Shown here: positions 25,343 through 39,175 of the stretch, in pieces | How positions within the stretch are numbered: the first letter of the stretch is position 1 | Layout of the letters: the number at the start of each line of letters is the position of its first letter | Origin: Gonapodya sp. JEL0774 | Lineage: Eukaryota | DNA length: 64,000 bases | NCBI GenBank assembly: GCA_027604505.1 | Contig: JADIIX010000033.1 | Location: forward strand, 1-64,000 | Reading direction: 5' to 3' | The notes under the pieces: generated by a model | What the model was told of the DNA's origin: nothing | Database searches by the model: none | The model's input: only the letters and a program-made list of their open reading frames with translations | Program-made: the position numbers and the translations under genes

Positions 25343-26199
25343 ATTGGGAACGTAACCAGCAAGTGACACCAGAGAGAGATGTCGAATAAGAGTCACCAAA
25401 TACATTTGATTTATTGTTTTTGTTGAATGCTGATGAAACCACCGTGCCCCAGAGAAATTGGACCAGCGAAGAAGATGACCACGTCCTATCTCCCTCCAGC
25501 GGTTCCATCGACGGACCTGCCTTGGCGAGTTTCTCGTTGTAGGAAATTCACAGCTGACCACTTCGAACTGGCCAGTGACTTCCTCCAGGGGATAGCTTCG
25601 ACAGTGTCGCTCCCTGTCATCTTTCAATATCCGCACCTACATTCTAACACATGGACACGGTGTCCGCAATAAGATCCCGAAACTCTTGAAGGCCGCTACT
25701 ATTGTATCCATAAAGCTACAAACGATCAAAAAGTTAGCGGGAGTTCGGGGTTATTGTTACGCAAATTAATGTTTGGAAATCGGGTCAAAGTGGTTTGGGC
25801 TGGGGGCATACAATCACGTGACGGTGAGCTATTTTCGTTGACATTATTAGTACAACTGCTCTCGCATTGTCATTTGCGTTCTTGAACATTCTTAAACCGA
25901 TGACGCACCATTGATTGAATCTACCAGATGCACCTACTACTTACTCCAGTTCCCTAGTACTGGGACTTTTCACACACAGCCCATATTCAGACGATGTTAT
26001 TGATGCAGGTGAGTTCCCGCTGTGAGTTCCCACTTTCGCGAGCAGTCCAACAAAGGAAATATATCAATGTTCAAGCCGGTAACTTTATACCACCCGGTAC
26101 CGTATGCCAAGGCAATGCCCGGTGGCAAATGTGAATTCGGAGGAAAAAGCGCGACATACCTGGTGGGCACATACCAGTGTGTGGGTGTGGCGAAGGGGG

Positions 26200-26830
26200 G
26201 ACAAGTGCGGGGAGCGGGGGGGAGGTGAGGGGGTGCGAGGGCCCGGTAGGATACGGGGGGGGGGGGGGGGGAAGGCGTTGACAAAAACTAAGCCACAAAC
26301 CAAACCAAAAAAACCAGCACTANNNNNNNNNNGCCCCCGCGCGCCCCGCCGCGGCCGGCCGCCCCCGCGCCAAGGCGTTGACAAAAGGTTAGCGACTAAC
26401 CACACGATCAACACCTGCACTAAAGGGAAAAGACAGGGAGGAGGCGAGCTCCTGTGCCGACGGGAGAGGAAGAATGGATAGGAGACGAGCTCCTGTTCTG
26501 ATACCTGTTAGCTAAAGAGGGAAAGACGGATGAGAAGGGTTCCTGTGCCACAATAAAGACCTAAAACTTCCAGAAACTTCAAGAGAAACTCACTGTGAGG
26601 GTGGACTGTCATGCGGTGGAGCGGTGGCCCGTGCCGAGATCGGTGCGCAATGCCGACATTGGTGTGCCGGAGTGTGTAACGCGCGGGGGGGGGGGGGAAA
26701 CGAGCTCNNNNNNNNNNCCCCCCCCCCACGCGGCCGCGCGCCCCGCCCCCGGCCGCGCCCGCGCCCCGCCCCCCCCCCCGGCCCCCGGCCGACAGGGGTG
26801 CGCCGGCCCGCGGACCCCGCCGGGGGCGGG
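26200..26830. other. Two assembly gaps (N runs) flanked by extremely G/C-rich, probably low-quality sequence
   Basis: N runs near 26323-26332 and 26708-26717 bordered by poly-G/poly-C tracts unlike the rest of the window. Confidence 0.85.
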
Positions 26831-27039
26831 CGGAAACGAGCTCTTGTGGCAAGAACACCGAACGAAAGTTTGCTAAACCTTGAGAAGAGTTAACAGTGAC
26901 TGAGGGCTAAAATGGCGGGGAGCGGTGCCCAGTACCGGGACTGGAGTGCAACAGTGGAAAGAGGGGCAAGAGACGCAACTGTGGCGACTCCTGCGCTAAA
27001 GGAAGCGAGGCGGGGAAGAGCGAAGCACCTGTGCCGGGG

Positions 27040-27900
27040 AGGGGGAGAAGCTCCAGTGACGATCGAAACCAACCAGAGGCTACCGGTAGAAGGGAAGAAT
27101 GGGGAGGAGACGAGCTCCTGTCCCTAACAAAGGCCACCAGAGACTAACTTTGAAAGTGGGAGAATATGGAAGGAGACGAGCTCCTTGACGGGAGATGGGG
27201 GAGAGTGGGGAGGAAACGAGTTCCTGTGCTGAAAAGAGAACCAGGACAAGCTGCCTGTAGAGGGGAAGAATGGGGAGGAGGGAAGCTCTTGTGCTGAGGG
27301 GATGTGGAGATTGGGGAGGAGACGAGCTCCTGTGCCGTAAAAGAGACCTACCAGAAGCTAGCTTGGAGGGGAAGAACGGGGGAGGAGACGAGCTCGTGCG
27401 CCAAAAATAGAAACACCAGAAGCTAGCTGTAGAGGGGCAGACTAGGGGAGGAGACGAGCTCCTGCGCCGACAATAGAACCACCAAAAGCTAGCTGTAAAG
27501 GGGAAGAATAGGGGAGGAGACGAGCTCCTGCGCCGACAAGCGAACCACCAGAAGCTAGCTGTAGAGGGGAAGAATAGGGAAGGAGACGAGCCCCTGCGCC
27601 GACAAGAGAACCACCAGAAGCTAGCTGTAGAGGGGCAGACTAGGGGAGGAGACGAGCTCATGCGCCGAAAATAAAACCACCAAAAGCTAGCTGTAGAGGG
27701 GCAGAATAGGGGAGGAGACGAGCTCCTGCGCGGACAAGAGAACCACCAGAAGCTAGCTGTAAAGTGGAAGAATAGGGGAGGAGACGAGCTCCTTTGCCAA
27801 AAATGAGAACAAGAAATAATACCGTTTAGAGGGGTAGAATGAGAAAAACGAGCCTGTGCCGAGTGGAGGGGAGAGTGCAGAGGAGACCAGGTGCTGTTCC
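27040..27900. repeat. 66-bp tandem repeat array (minisatellite)
   Basis: GAGACGAGC anchor at 27319, 27385, 27451, 27517, 27583, 27649, 27715 and 27781 (exact 66-bp period), also 27107 and 27173. Degenerate copies extend back to about 26440. Confidence 0.95.
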
Positions 27901-28985
27901 TATCCATACCTTTGTGCAAGCCCTAAAAATCGACCAAAATGTGGTGAGTCCAAGCAAACAATTATATTCGCATCGAAGGTCCAACTACTCACGCAATACA
28001 TTGACAGGGATGTACCCACGTCTTAGCCGCCACGCCCTGAGGAAAAGGCGTCTCTAAGAGTGCTCCACGGAGAGTTGGATGGGTCACTCACTCCACGTGG
28101 TCGCACTTGTTGTCCCGAGCCGAAATGCGCGATAATCCATGATTGTTGATTAAGTCTGGCAATGCTCTAATGTGCGAAATGCGGGTCGCAGAGAAGTAGC
28201 GACGAAATTCTGTGGTGGTGGTAAAATCATGTTTGTTGAAAGAAGATTAGATGACGTTCCGATTCAATTCTAGATGAAGAAAAAGAGCAAGTCACCTATC
28301 AAAGTCAGCATTGACGTCGACGACGGGGGTTAGGTCAGCGAATCGTTTCACATGAGTGCGTTTGCGGGACTTGACCAGTCTGAGGTGTGCAAGCCGAACC
28401 TTCCACACGCCGCTCTCCCAGAAATCTTCAACCTGGTCTCTTTGGTTATGTCAGTTCAGACACCCGTGGTGATACGGTGGAGCAAGCCCCGGCGGGGGTA
28501 TGGCTTTCTTGGCCATCAGACTAGGTGTGCGAGCTTGGACAGAAAACATAAGGTGTGAGATCATGCACTATTTGGGAAGCCTCGACTGCATACTTACTTA
28601 TTACCTCTTTAACCGCACCGCCACTCACAGGTCCTCCAGTTACCCTTGGACCTGCTCCCTACAGTCCCTCCGTGTGGAACGCGAATGTATAGACGAGAAC
28701 CGGGTAAGGCGAGTTAGAGTGCGCGGATCTCTGAAACAAATGAAGTTTCGAACAACTTTTCGCGGTTTGCGTGGTCATGTAGCATATCGTAAAAAGGCAA
28801 TCATTCACTTGACGCGCTGTCAAATAAAATTCCGCTAAATGTACTTTTGGTTCATTTTTGAGAGGGCTGGACATCACCGTCGGGTTCCAGACTAGTGGCA
28901 CATATATGAGTAACCTGCTTGAAATGAGGGATAATTCTGTTCATGGTAATCAAAGGTGCTATACTGAAATTATTCCGTCGCTAAT

Positions 28986-31900
28986 TTACACGGTGTTCTG
29001 TGTAATCATTCGATGAAGCACACCGCCACCAGCCTTCACGGGGGGAAGGCGAGTCTCAGTCTCAGAACTCTTAGCATACAAAGGAGCGTCAGAAAAGACG
29101 CCATAACCTGATGATACGTTCATATGTTCAGAGTCGGAAGAGCGAAATTCAAAACTGCAATATCGCTCACCTCCTCCACCTGGTGTTTCCACCCGCAATC
29201 TATCACCCTTTGCAACCAAAACCGTGTTCTTGCCACCAATATTAATCCATCTTTCCTTATCGGCTCCATTTCTGATCCAAATATTCCTACCCCTTGCTCC
29301 GCACTCCCCGCCATCCATTCCATAAGGTGCCATAACCCTGCGTTCGGACAAAATGGAGACTTGAACAGGTTCGAGGAACTCTATATCACGAATGACGCCA
29401 TCTCCGCCAGAATAGCGGCCACGACCACCGCTGCCTAGCCGCAATGAGAATTCTCGTAGAAGCGCAGGGTACTAAAAACCGAGAAAACATGGCAGGTTAA
29501 ACGATCAAGGCGACGAGAATATGCGTTAAGCCAGAGCACTCACTCTTCGCTCGAGAATTTCTGGGTCCGTGATTCTTGTGTTGGTCATGTGTGTGTGAAC
29601 GCCACTTCTCCCATTCCAATTCGGTCCAGCACCCGCACCTCCCGCGATTGTTTCATAATAACCATATCCATTTCCGGGACCTACAATGTCTTCTTGCGTG
29701 CCGAATGTGAGGTTGTTCATGCATCTTGAGGAAGCAGACGAATCGTAGTTATGCTTCCGATGAAACTTCATACACTGCTTCACTCACCCTTGGCTTGCTG
29801 CACAAGCTCCAAAAGCCTTTAAGATAACATCAACGAGCCGCTGACTGGTCAAAACGTTGCCTCCAACGACTGCCGCTGTCTCACTGGGGTCCAGTATGGA
29901 ACCAGGGGGTATGATAAAAGTTATCGGTGCGAGGCATCCTAACGCATTAACAAAGACGCGAAAGTCATTGGAGGCAACGAAGCGTTAACGCTGTTCGTGT
30001 CTTAAATCCAAAGCCTCAAGCAAACCTTGATTGAGTGGGATATCTTTGGCAACAAGTGCTCTTAGACAGTAAAGAGTTGCCGAATACGTAATGGCGCGAG
30101 GCGCTAAAATGTTCCCATTCCATAAGTGTCAGCCAATTTTCACGTTCGAAAACACCACACTGCGTACCATTCATGTTGCCCTAACGATGATGATTGAACC
30201 AGAAGATTGGTAAGGGAGCATTCGTGAGATAGTGCATTAGAAAAACTCACATACACCTCCGGACCAGTTCCAGTGAAATCGAAAGTCGCAGATCGGCTTT
30301 CAGGATCAATCGTCACAGTCAATTTAATCGGTGAGCCGTCGTCCCTACGTAAACGCAGGAACATGTGAGTCAATGGAATTCCCGCGGAACCACAGCTGGC
30401 TGATCACTCACATGTAGTCTTCTGCCTCAAGGACCTTGCCATGCTTTGAACAAACCTCCATAAGAAGGCTACGTACGGCGAGTTCCGCGTTCTGGCGAAT
30501 GTATGCCATGTATGATTGAACAACTTCGAGGCCGTATTCGGATATGAGTGACTTCACGAGATTGATTCCTCGTTGGTTTGCGGAGATTTGAGCTTCGCGA
30601 AAGCAAACATTCACATGGCGCCTTATTGAAAATGGGTGCTTCGGCTCAAGTACTCACCTTTCAAGTCAGAGAGATTATCTTTGAGAGTCCTGGTCCCGGA
30701 ACACCCAGGGTACTTCGATGGTTCCTCAACCAATAGTTTGACGATCGAACTCTCTTGAAATTGACCATTCTCAACTAGCTTGAAGCTTCTGATTGCGGCA
30801 CCCTCTTGGAAGAGCTCCTTGGAGAACGGCGGGAGAGATCCTACCATTATTGTACCATATAAGCTCCGTGAGGACAACGCAATCGCACGAAAAGCTCACC
30901 GGGCTCCAGTCCTCCGATGTCAGCGTGATGACCACGACTCGCTGTGAAGAATACTATCCTCCCCGAATCAAATACAGGGGTAATGACGGTGATGTCCGGC
31001 AGGTGAGATCCCCCAGCGGACGGGTGGTTAGATACCACGACGTCGCCCTCTTTCAGTTCGTTGCCCCAGAAACTGATCTGATACTTGACAGCTTCTTGCA
31101 TGGATCCAAGGTGGACGGGGATATGTGGCCTTCATCGAATATGTCAACATGCCAATGAATTTCGAGTTCTGGACTCAAAGAAATAATGAGTGCTCACGCG
31201 TTAGACACCAATCCTCCATCAGCACCAAAGAGAGCACAAGAAAAGTCCAAACGCTCTTTCATATTTGTAGAAACGCTTGTCCTTTGTAATGTGTGGCCCA
31301 TTTGCTCTGCGATCGACATGAACTTAAAGGAAAAGAGAGGCCTGTGAGCAAAAAGCACTTTCAATGAAGATATCTCGGACAGATTACCCACCCGATGTGA
31401 GAAAATTGAGAGCTGAACAGGGTCTAGACGCGTGTCGAATTCCTTCTTTTTCTGCTCTCCGACCTCAATGACCACCGTGTCTTTTGTGACAATAGCTCGG
31501 CATCCGCACTCCACTACAATCGACGAATTCGGTTCCAACATGATGGCGGGTCCTTGGATGACATCCCCTGGGGTGAGTTTCGACAACTCAAACACGGGAG
31601 TGCTCACGCGTCCAAGATCCTCCCAGTAAACACTGGAAGTGGTGGTCGGCTCGGTGGCGACACGAAGTGAGATGTTGGCCAGGTCAACATACACAGATTC
31701 TGGCTGGGTAAGGTGTTCTCGGCCAACGCTACGGACTCGGATATCATCCACAATGATTGGGCGGTTAAGTGTGAAGCCGAACTCCGTTCTGTACTAAAGT
31801 TGCAAATATTTTAGATATTTTGTGATAGATTGAATGATAGCAGTTCTCACCTGTGTCACAAACGCATCATCAAATGCCCAACTGTTCCTCGGCTTTAAAA

Positions 31901-34348
31901 TCATTAGGGATGTGTCTGTTCCGGTGTACCGTAAATTGAGGAAAATTTGAGCCTCGACTGCGTCCTTGCCCTCGAAACCCCCTTGGGTAAGCTTCGAGAT
32001 GCACTTCTGCACCAAGACTTCAGCGCGAGTTCTGATGTATGGAAGTGTTTCTGGTGAAAAAATTGCTTGTGCAGGCTCTTGCTCCTCATGAACAACGTCG
32101 GCCAAAGAGAGACCACTGGAAGTGGACTATATTTGAGTGACGCCGATGGCAATAATAGAAACTCTAACTTACTAAGCGGACAAGATCGACGCATGCCGAT
32201 TGATGAGAATTCTTTTGATACCAAGTGACTTTGCCACCGCGCAAGCATGTTGAGCCCCCTTTGAAGTTCGATTCGGGTGTAAACGCAGTACGTCCGTTCC
32301 AACTGAATGAAGCAAAACTCACTGCCCCGCCGAAGCTTGCAAGTACATGAGAGCCTGTATCATATCCTTTTGCCTGTGTCAAAGCCCTGATGGGTCTGCA
32401 CATAGCCTCATTCGCCACTTTTATGAATCCGTAGGCTACATCATCAAGTGAGGTTTCAGGCAGTCCGTTCTCCACGCGAAACGTGTTCACCACTTCTGTT
32501 AGCTCAGAAAAGCTTTTGACTGTTGCTTCGATATCGAGAGGCTCCTTCTCCGAAGGACCAAATATCTTTGGGAAGAACTCCGGAATCAAACGGCCGAGCA
32601 GAAGGTTTGCGTCGGTGACGGCGAGGGGACCACCTTTGCGGTAGCAAGCAGGACCAGGGTGCGCACTCGCGGATTCAGGACTGAATGCATATAGTGCATG
32701 ATTAATACGCAAGCATTCACACACATTTCACATCAAGGAGAGTGCAACAAACTCACCCCACGACAAAGATACCGTCTCTGAAGAAGAGTCGACTCCCTCC
32801 CCCAGCGGCTACTGTGCTTATGTCAAGCTGAGGTGCTTGTATAAGGACGCCTGCAAACGATGGCAAGCAGTTCAAGTGATGGCGCAAGGGCGGGAAGCCA
32901 ACAATAACCACATACCAGCCGTTGTCGTTTCGAACACGTGCTCATATTGACCAGCGTATCGAGACACGTCAGTGCTCGTGCCACCCACTTCAAAGTGTTT
33001 GGAATGAATCTACCAACGACACCGGCGAGTTGACGAATGTGCACGTACTGTCAAAGCCAATGACGGCGCTCCCTTCTCTGTCATCGTAGCTTGTTCTCGC
33101 GTAGCCCTTAAGGTCACAACTCACATGAGTACACATCAGAACAAGATGAGTTAGTGTGACTCACTACCACCCCGCCAGCTGGACCCGACAATATGGCCTT
33201 GAAACCCGAAAAATCCCTTACAGACGTGAGTCCACCATCGCTCTGCATAAATTCAATGCGGACTTTCTTCGGGTCGGATATGTTCTGGTCAAACCCTGAG
33301 AAAAATCCATCGATGTACCGGTGAATCGGTGGTGTCAGGTACGCGTCGACAGTAGCAGAGGTTCCTGAGACAAAGAAGGAATCAGATCGACACAAAGTCC
33401 AAGCTCAGGACGAACAATTACCTCGAGGGACAATCTAGGGAGGGACGAAAACAAGGGAAGCGTGATTGTGGATGGTGCTTCCAAAAATATGGAATACCCA
33501 CCTTTATCATGGGTGAAATCCCCGAGCTCATAGTGACATTTGTGAATCCAATCTCACTTGCCAAGAGAGCTACCATGTTCTCGTGTTCTTGGAACGTGTA
33601 CGAATGCATGAACACGATTGCTAAGCTCCGAATACCGTTGTTATAGACCTTCTGCAGATCCGTCTTGACCCGATTCAAGTCCGGGACCTTCAGCACTTGT
33701 ACCCATTCGTTGGTCACACCGCGAACGAAACGCCCATCGTGCATGGGATGCTCGTCACTCTGCCCAAGGGGTGAACAAGTGTACCCAACCAGAGTGACTC
33801 GCTCGTCAACTTCTACCACATCCTGGAATAGAACGTCCGGAACCCGAACTTTCAAATCGAAGATAGCAGGCCGAGACTGCGTGCCAATGTGGAGGAGATG
33901 CTTGAAGCCTTTGGTGATGACGAGCGCACATGGTTCGCCATTCCTCTCAAGGAGCGCGTTGGTTGCAACAGTGGTGCCCATTCTAATGCTCTCGATGTTC
34001 GACGTGTCTAATGGTGCATCGCGAGGATGAGGCTTTCCTGTTGCGAGTTCGAGGATCTGGCGGATTCCTTCCCTTGGTGCACTGAGTGAACACAGTTAGC
34101 GATGTTGGTGGCTCCTCTCTCTGAAAATACCTACTCAGGATAGGCTGGGTCCACCGAAAGCACCTTCAGTACAATTTGGCGATATCCAGCTGGTGAACTG
34201 GTATCCGGAACAAAGCCGACTGACACCGGCAAGGAAGAGGGAAAGAGGTTCGCAAAATTTCATGGCGACAAAAACAAAGTAGGAGGGGCTCACTGCAGTC
34301 CGTAAAAGTTCCTCCTCTATCGATACAAATGCGAATTCCCCGTTGCAT
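28986..34348 (-). CDS. OXP1: 5-oxoprolinase (hydantoinase/oxoprolinase A+B fusion), multi-exon
   Basis: [90 protein letters not shown] and TPGGGG. Confidence 0.96.
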
Positions 34349-34722
34349 GATTCGAGCCGTCAATAGCGATCCACAAATGTATCCGCGTTCTTATGTAGTT
34401 AATCCTTTGAACTCTAGACATATCTTTGAACGTGAGCCGCAAAGCGGTGTCGTCGTATTTGGACCCGAAATCGGGAGTAGGGGCTGTGGCCTGGCCGGCT
34501 GTGGTCTCCCGCAACCCCCCAAGATTCTCTGGCCAGATTTTTCTTAGATTTCTATTATGACACTTCGAGACCGTCCTCTGACAAGTTTTCTTGCCAGAAA
34601 GCTACAGGCATTTATCAAGCGTTGGTGACTTCTTCTAAATTTTGGGGACAAACAGCATATGATATGCATGAGTTGATGGAATAACAAACGTCACCACTTG
34701 GACCAATTTAGATGTAGTTCGA

Positions 34723-35363
34723 TCACCTTCCTGGATTACCTTTCGGCACTTTCGGCATCGACTTCAGTGCCGCGGCACTGCATGAGGACAAAAGCCCGCA
34801 TCACGATATAATAACAACGGGTGGGTCGGCTGGTGAGTGAGGAAGGCGGAGAGACATATGTATTATAGTGACCGCCAATTGTACCCACCTCGCCTTTTTC
34901 GCAGCTAGTTCTCGCTTATGCTGAAGCCGAAGATATTGAAAATCCCGATGGAGCGCGTACCGTCTTGGCGCACTGGGCACAAGGTTTGGTGCTTGTTCCG
35001 GAGCTGAGGCATCCGTAACGGTGGAAGCCGTTGCAGGGTCGGTAGACGGTTTGGAGGATGAGGAAGCATTGGCATCCTTTTGGTTGTCCGGTTTTGGTTT
35101 CGGTGGTTGAGTCGCAGGTTTTGGGGGTTCAGGCGGTGGAGGGTTGAGCCATTTGCAGAAGTTCCTAACGATTGGGACAAGGTCCGATGAGCGAGGTAGC
35201 TGGGAAGGACAATTGACATCACAAGGTCTTCGGGTTCCACAAAAGTTGATCTATCAGCACATATTGATGTAGAGGTGGAGAAAATGAAGCAGAACCACCA
35301 GACACGCTTCCGGGTCTCGTGTTTCAGTGGTGTTAGTTGGAAAGCATCTCCCTCAACATTGCA
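34723..35363 (-). other. Possible small chimeric gene or pseudogene containing a TF-derived segment
   Basis: An open frame runs from the TF-like copy (QLTPLKHETRKRVWWFCF) into ORF 34905-35240, with plausible GT-AG introns downstream. Start and true frame are ambiguous. Confidence 0.3.
35226..35352 (-). repeat. Inverted duplicate of TF coding segment 37583-37709
   Basis: Ungapped 127-bp manual alignment with 12 mismatches (about 90% identity). Confidence 0.93.
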
Positions 35364-36078
35364 CTAACCGGTCTTCAAGGTGACCTGGACAGACATAAAA
35401 CCAATCCAGCTTACGCAGAGCAAAGAGTATGCTTTTAGGCCTTGTGTAACAAGACGAAGCTACATGGAGCTCCAAGCTATACATTATCTGTTCCATGTAA
35501 CACCGTTGTCGTAATTTTGCCGCATCTGAGCATGGAGGAGGGATTAGAAAGGATAATAATCTCTTCAATCCATACTCCTTGACGTACACAAAGCAACCAC
35601 GGTCCGATGTTGCGGTTCTGAAGAGAGATTTAAGCAGGTATTGTTGATGCTCCATCCCAGACATCCCCACTCCAAAGGCACACGTGCTTCCACACCTTCT
35701 CTCGTACTCCGTCGATATTGATACGGGCGCTATCTTTCCGGCCATCAGTCGTATGTGGACGCAAAATAGCAACGCAATTTGGGAGGGTTAGTGATTTCTG
35801 TAATGTCGGGCACACGTCCACACCTGACACTATGACACCGATTTAAACAAACCAACACACTACTGAGTTTCGTTGGAGAAACCATGGCCATACGCTTAAA
35901 ACGATGCTGTATGTAATAGTACAACGTAATGGAGAAGTTCTGTCTCGAAAGTGATCGTTGCTGGGTTGTCCCTTGATAGTGAGGAGGCCACAGTCTCCGC
36001 ACTGCGGGTGTCTCTCAGAGCAGTTTCGGAGCCCACTTAATCCTTTGGAACATTCGAGCGTCTCCTTATAGCATCATC

Positions 36079-38758
36079 ATGGCCTCCACGAGTAATAAGG
36101 TCCGGATGGCGTGTGACTGGTGAGCGAACGAACGTTTCTGTCCCCTTACTCCCGTACCCCATCGGCCGTCTTCCAGGTGTCATTCTGGGAAAAGAAAGTG
36201 CGATGGACAACAACCCTGCTCTTTGTGCCTCAAGCAGCATCGCCAATGTGTATTCACAACAGGTAAACCTAGGAAGCTGATTGGGCGAGCGGAGTATATC
36301 CGATTGCTGGAATCGCAATTGCAAACATTAAGAGCAGCAGTCGCGGTAAGCGGAGCTCGCGAGAATGCTCAGCTAAGGCCGATGGACGACCAAGAAGACA
36401 CAGAGTTGGATGGAACTAGCAAACAGCAGCAGGACGGGCACGATGGTACATCAGTGAATCGAGCCCAACCCATTGATTTTTCAACTCGAAGAGGCAGTGG
36501 GCAATCTCACTCGTCTGGGGGTGAGCACCTTACCGGCACATTTGCAGGTTCGCAGAGCTCTTCAGGTGGCTGGAGACCCTCCCAATCTCCAAAAGATTTC
36601 AGGCATCCAACCGACCGGATAGAATTTCTAGATAATCTGTCTGCAACTGATGGCACCTTCATGTCGTTTCACGATGAGCGTCAGAGTCTCGGGAGCCTTC
36701 CCGGATCACCACCCGAGCTAGAAGCAGTTGATGCAACAGACACGGAGGACCCTCTGACCCGTGTGATACGTCTCCGGAATCAAACGACGTACTTTGGCCC
36801 TGCGGTCAAGGCGCGGAGGCGTGGAGCGGACAAATCGAGGGAAATCATTTTTGACATAGAAGACAATTTAGCTAAACTCGCAGCCCAAGCCACCTCAACA
36901 GTGCCGCGTGCTAATGCGGTGTTTGTAACTGAAAGTACTGGAGCTGGAGTGGATATGGACACTGTTCTAGCGATGATGGAGAAAATGAAAATGAACCCGG
37001 AACCTGTGAATATGCGGATGATGCACAATCTTGTTCCCGCTGAGCCACCTCGACTGGACCTACTTGCTCAATTTTTTGATGTCTTTTGGTTTCCGGCCAT
37101 TCATCCTGTGAGTCTGTGGTTGGTGGCAACGCATCATCAAGAATTATGACTGACGTTGTTGCAACAGGGAACATTCTTCCACACATTACAACATCAAAGC
37201 CCCCTTCTTCTCTGCGCAATTTACGCCTTCAGCACCTGCATATCACATGGCGCGCCCGGAAGCCCCGAGTGGTCGGAAGAACGCCAGACAGGGGAGGATG
37301 CTCCAGTGCATCCGGGGGAGTTGTACTTTACCCGAGCGCGAAGACTCTTAACCATTGCATTCGATGAACCAAGTCTCAGTACCGCATTTGCTCTACTTTT
37401 GATGAGCATGTACTCCGCAGGTGCGGGGCGAGCGTCCAGTGGGTGGATGTACAGTGGAATGGCTGTGCGAATGGTGAAGGTCGTTTATGCTGCTAAACAG
37501 AGAACGCTCCAGAGGCTCACTCTCTCCGCCATGTTTTTTTTTTTGTGCACCGCAAATAGTTGGTGGAAATGAAGTGGCGTGTGGGAGATACCTCTCAACT
37601 AACACCACTGGAACACGAGATCCGGAAGCGTGTCTGGTGGTTCTGCTTCATTTTCTCCACTTCCACATCAATATGCGCTGATCGACCAACTTTTGTGGAA
37701 CCCGCAGACGGGATGATGAGTTACCCAGATGACGACGTGTGGAACAGCTTGAACGATACTGGGGAAGTGGGATTTCGGCATCAAAACGAGGGTCCAATTT
37801 TGTTACGACAGCGTGTTGCGGGGGGAATTACTCACCCCAACCCACCGACTCCTCCAATCGGGACAAACACCTTGCAGCAACTCGCCCATTCGAAGTATTT
37901 TCGTGAAATCTCGGAAGCATGGGTGCTCCTCCAACAAGTGTACAAATACGCCAAGGATCAAAAGGTCCAGAGGACAGCAATCGGAGTCGTGGATCCCCAC
38001 TTGAGCCTTTTGGACAGACAGGTGAAATCTCTCTGGGCTCAGCTTCCAGAAATGGCCCAGGGGGAGTTCGTGCCTCCAAATCCGGCGAGTCTAGCCGATT
38101 TAAAAGAACTCGCTTCTAGCGCATGCCTCCACATCACACTTCACTGCTGCACCATAAAGCTTCACAGGTGTGTTCAAAGGTAGAGAGTTTACCAACTGGT
38201 CAGAGATGACTCAACAACATATTTGTTCAAGACCAGAGATAGCACTAGGGGATATCGTCTGGCCCACAAGCTATTCTCTGAAAGCATGCACGCATTCCGT
38301 ATGTCTCTATCCACAGTGCGTGCTCAGTGACAACTCTTAATACTGTGCTCAATAGGCTGACCGCGTGGCTCTCATACTTGAGCGAATTTTAATGGTGGAA
38401 CCGTCTTTTGCTCGTGTTCCGACTGTAACTGGCAATGGAATCTTTGAGGTCAGACGACTTGCAACTTGTTTCCGTCCACGTTTACGATCATTAACTATGT
38501 AAATGACGATTGCAGGCTGGTATGGTTCACGCAATTAATGCTTACCTCCACTCAATGTCGCCTGGTTTAGAGGGGATGATCCTTGACAATGCTGAGCACT
38601 GTAGAGCCACATCTTTGAGGCAATTTTCTATCTGTCTCTTAACCCTTGACAAGATGCGCCGATACTGGGCATCCGCGGAAGCCTTTCACTCCAGCCTCCT
38701 GAGAGCGGCACAGGATTTGAGAATAGCAGAGGGCGGCACGGGTGGCACTCTCGGGTGA
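36079..38758 (+). CDS. Zn(II)2Cys6 transcription factor with fungal-specific TF (middle homology) domain
   Basis: Spliced N-terminus ACDWCHSGKRKCDGQQPCSLCLKQHRQC fits C-x2-C-x6-C-x5-C-x2-C-x6-C. Also GWMYSGMAVRM and EIRKRVWWFCF. Confidence 0.93.
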
Positions 38759-39175
38759 TGAGGTGGGTAACCAGGGGAGAAAAGTCAAGCATGCCGAACT
38801 TCAAGTTCTGCCTACCATACACGCATAGTTTCATATACGCTTTTTGATATTCTTGTGATTTTCTCGTGAAATTTGTTTAAAAATATAGTTGATCGATCTG
38901 TGGTGACAAAACTAAAGCACACAACAACAAGAATTGTTTCTAAGGAAACCTTCAAGATGCGAGCACGAAATATCAATGGCGCGTGAGTTCCAAGATCACG
39001 ACAGGTTTCCATGTTGCATCGAGGGAGGTTCTAATCCACTGTCAATCATCAATCATGCCTTTCCCTTCCATGCCCCAAGTCTAAAGAGCAACCAGACACC
39101 CTTCCCATTGGCACATTCCCTCAACAATCAAGCACAAGCGAAGTTTCTCCGTTCCGCATAGATTTCCAATACTAA

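Noticed and set aside
26200..26830. G-quadruplex-like, extremely GC-rich tracts and the ORFs crossing them
   Set aside because: They directly flank N gaps and most likely are low-quality read ends.
27040..27900. 66-bp periodicity resembling a CRISPR array
   Set aside because: The whole unit is repeated with no unique spacers, no cas genes are present, and the context is eukaryotic.
34950..35160. GRF zinc-finger reading (RNFCKWL) in an alternative minus frame
   Set aside because: The upstream cysteine ligands were not found and the frame is ambiguous.
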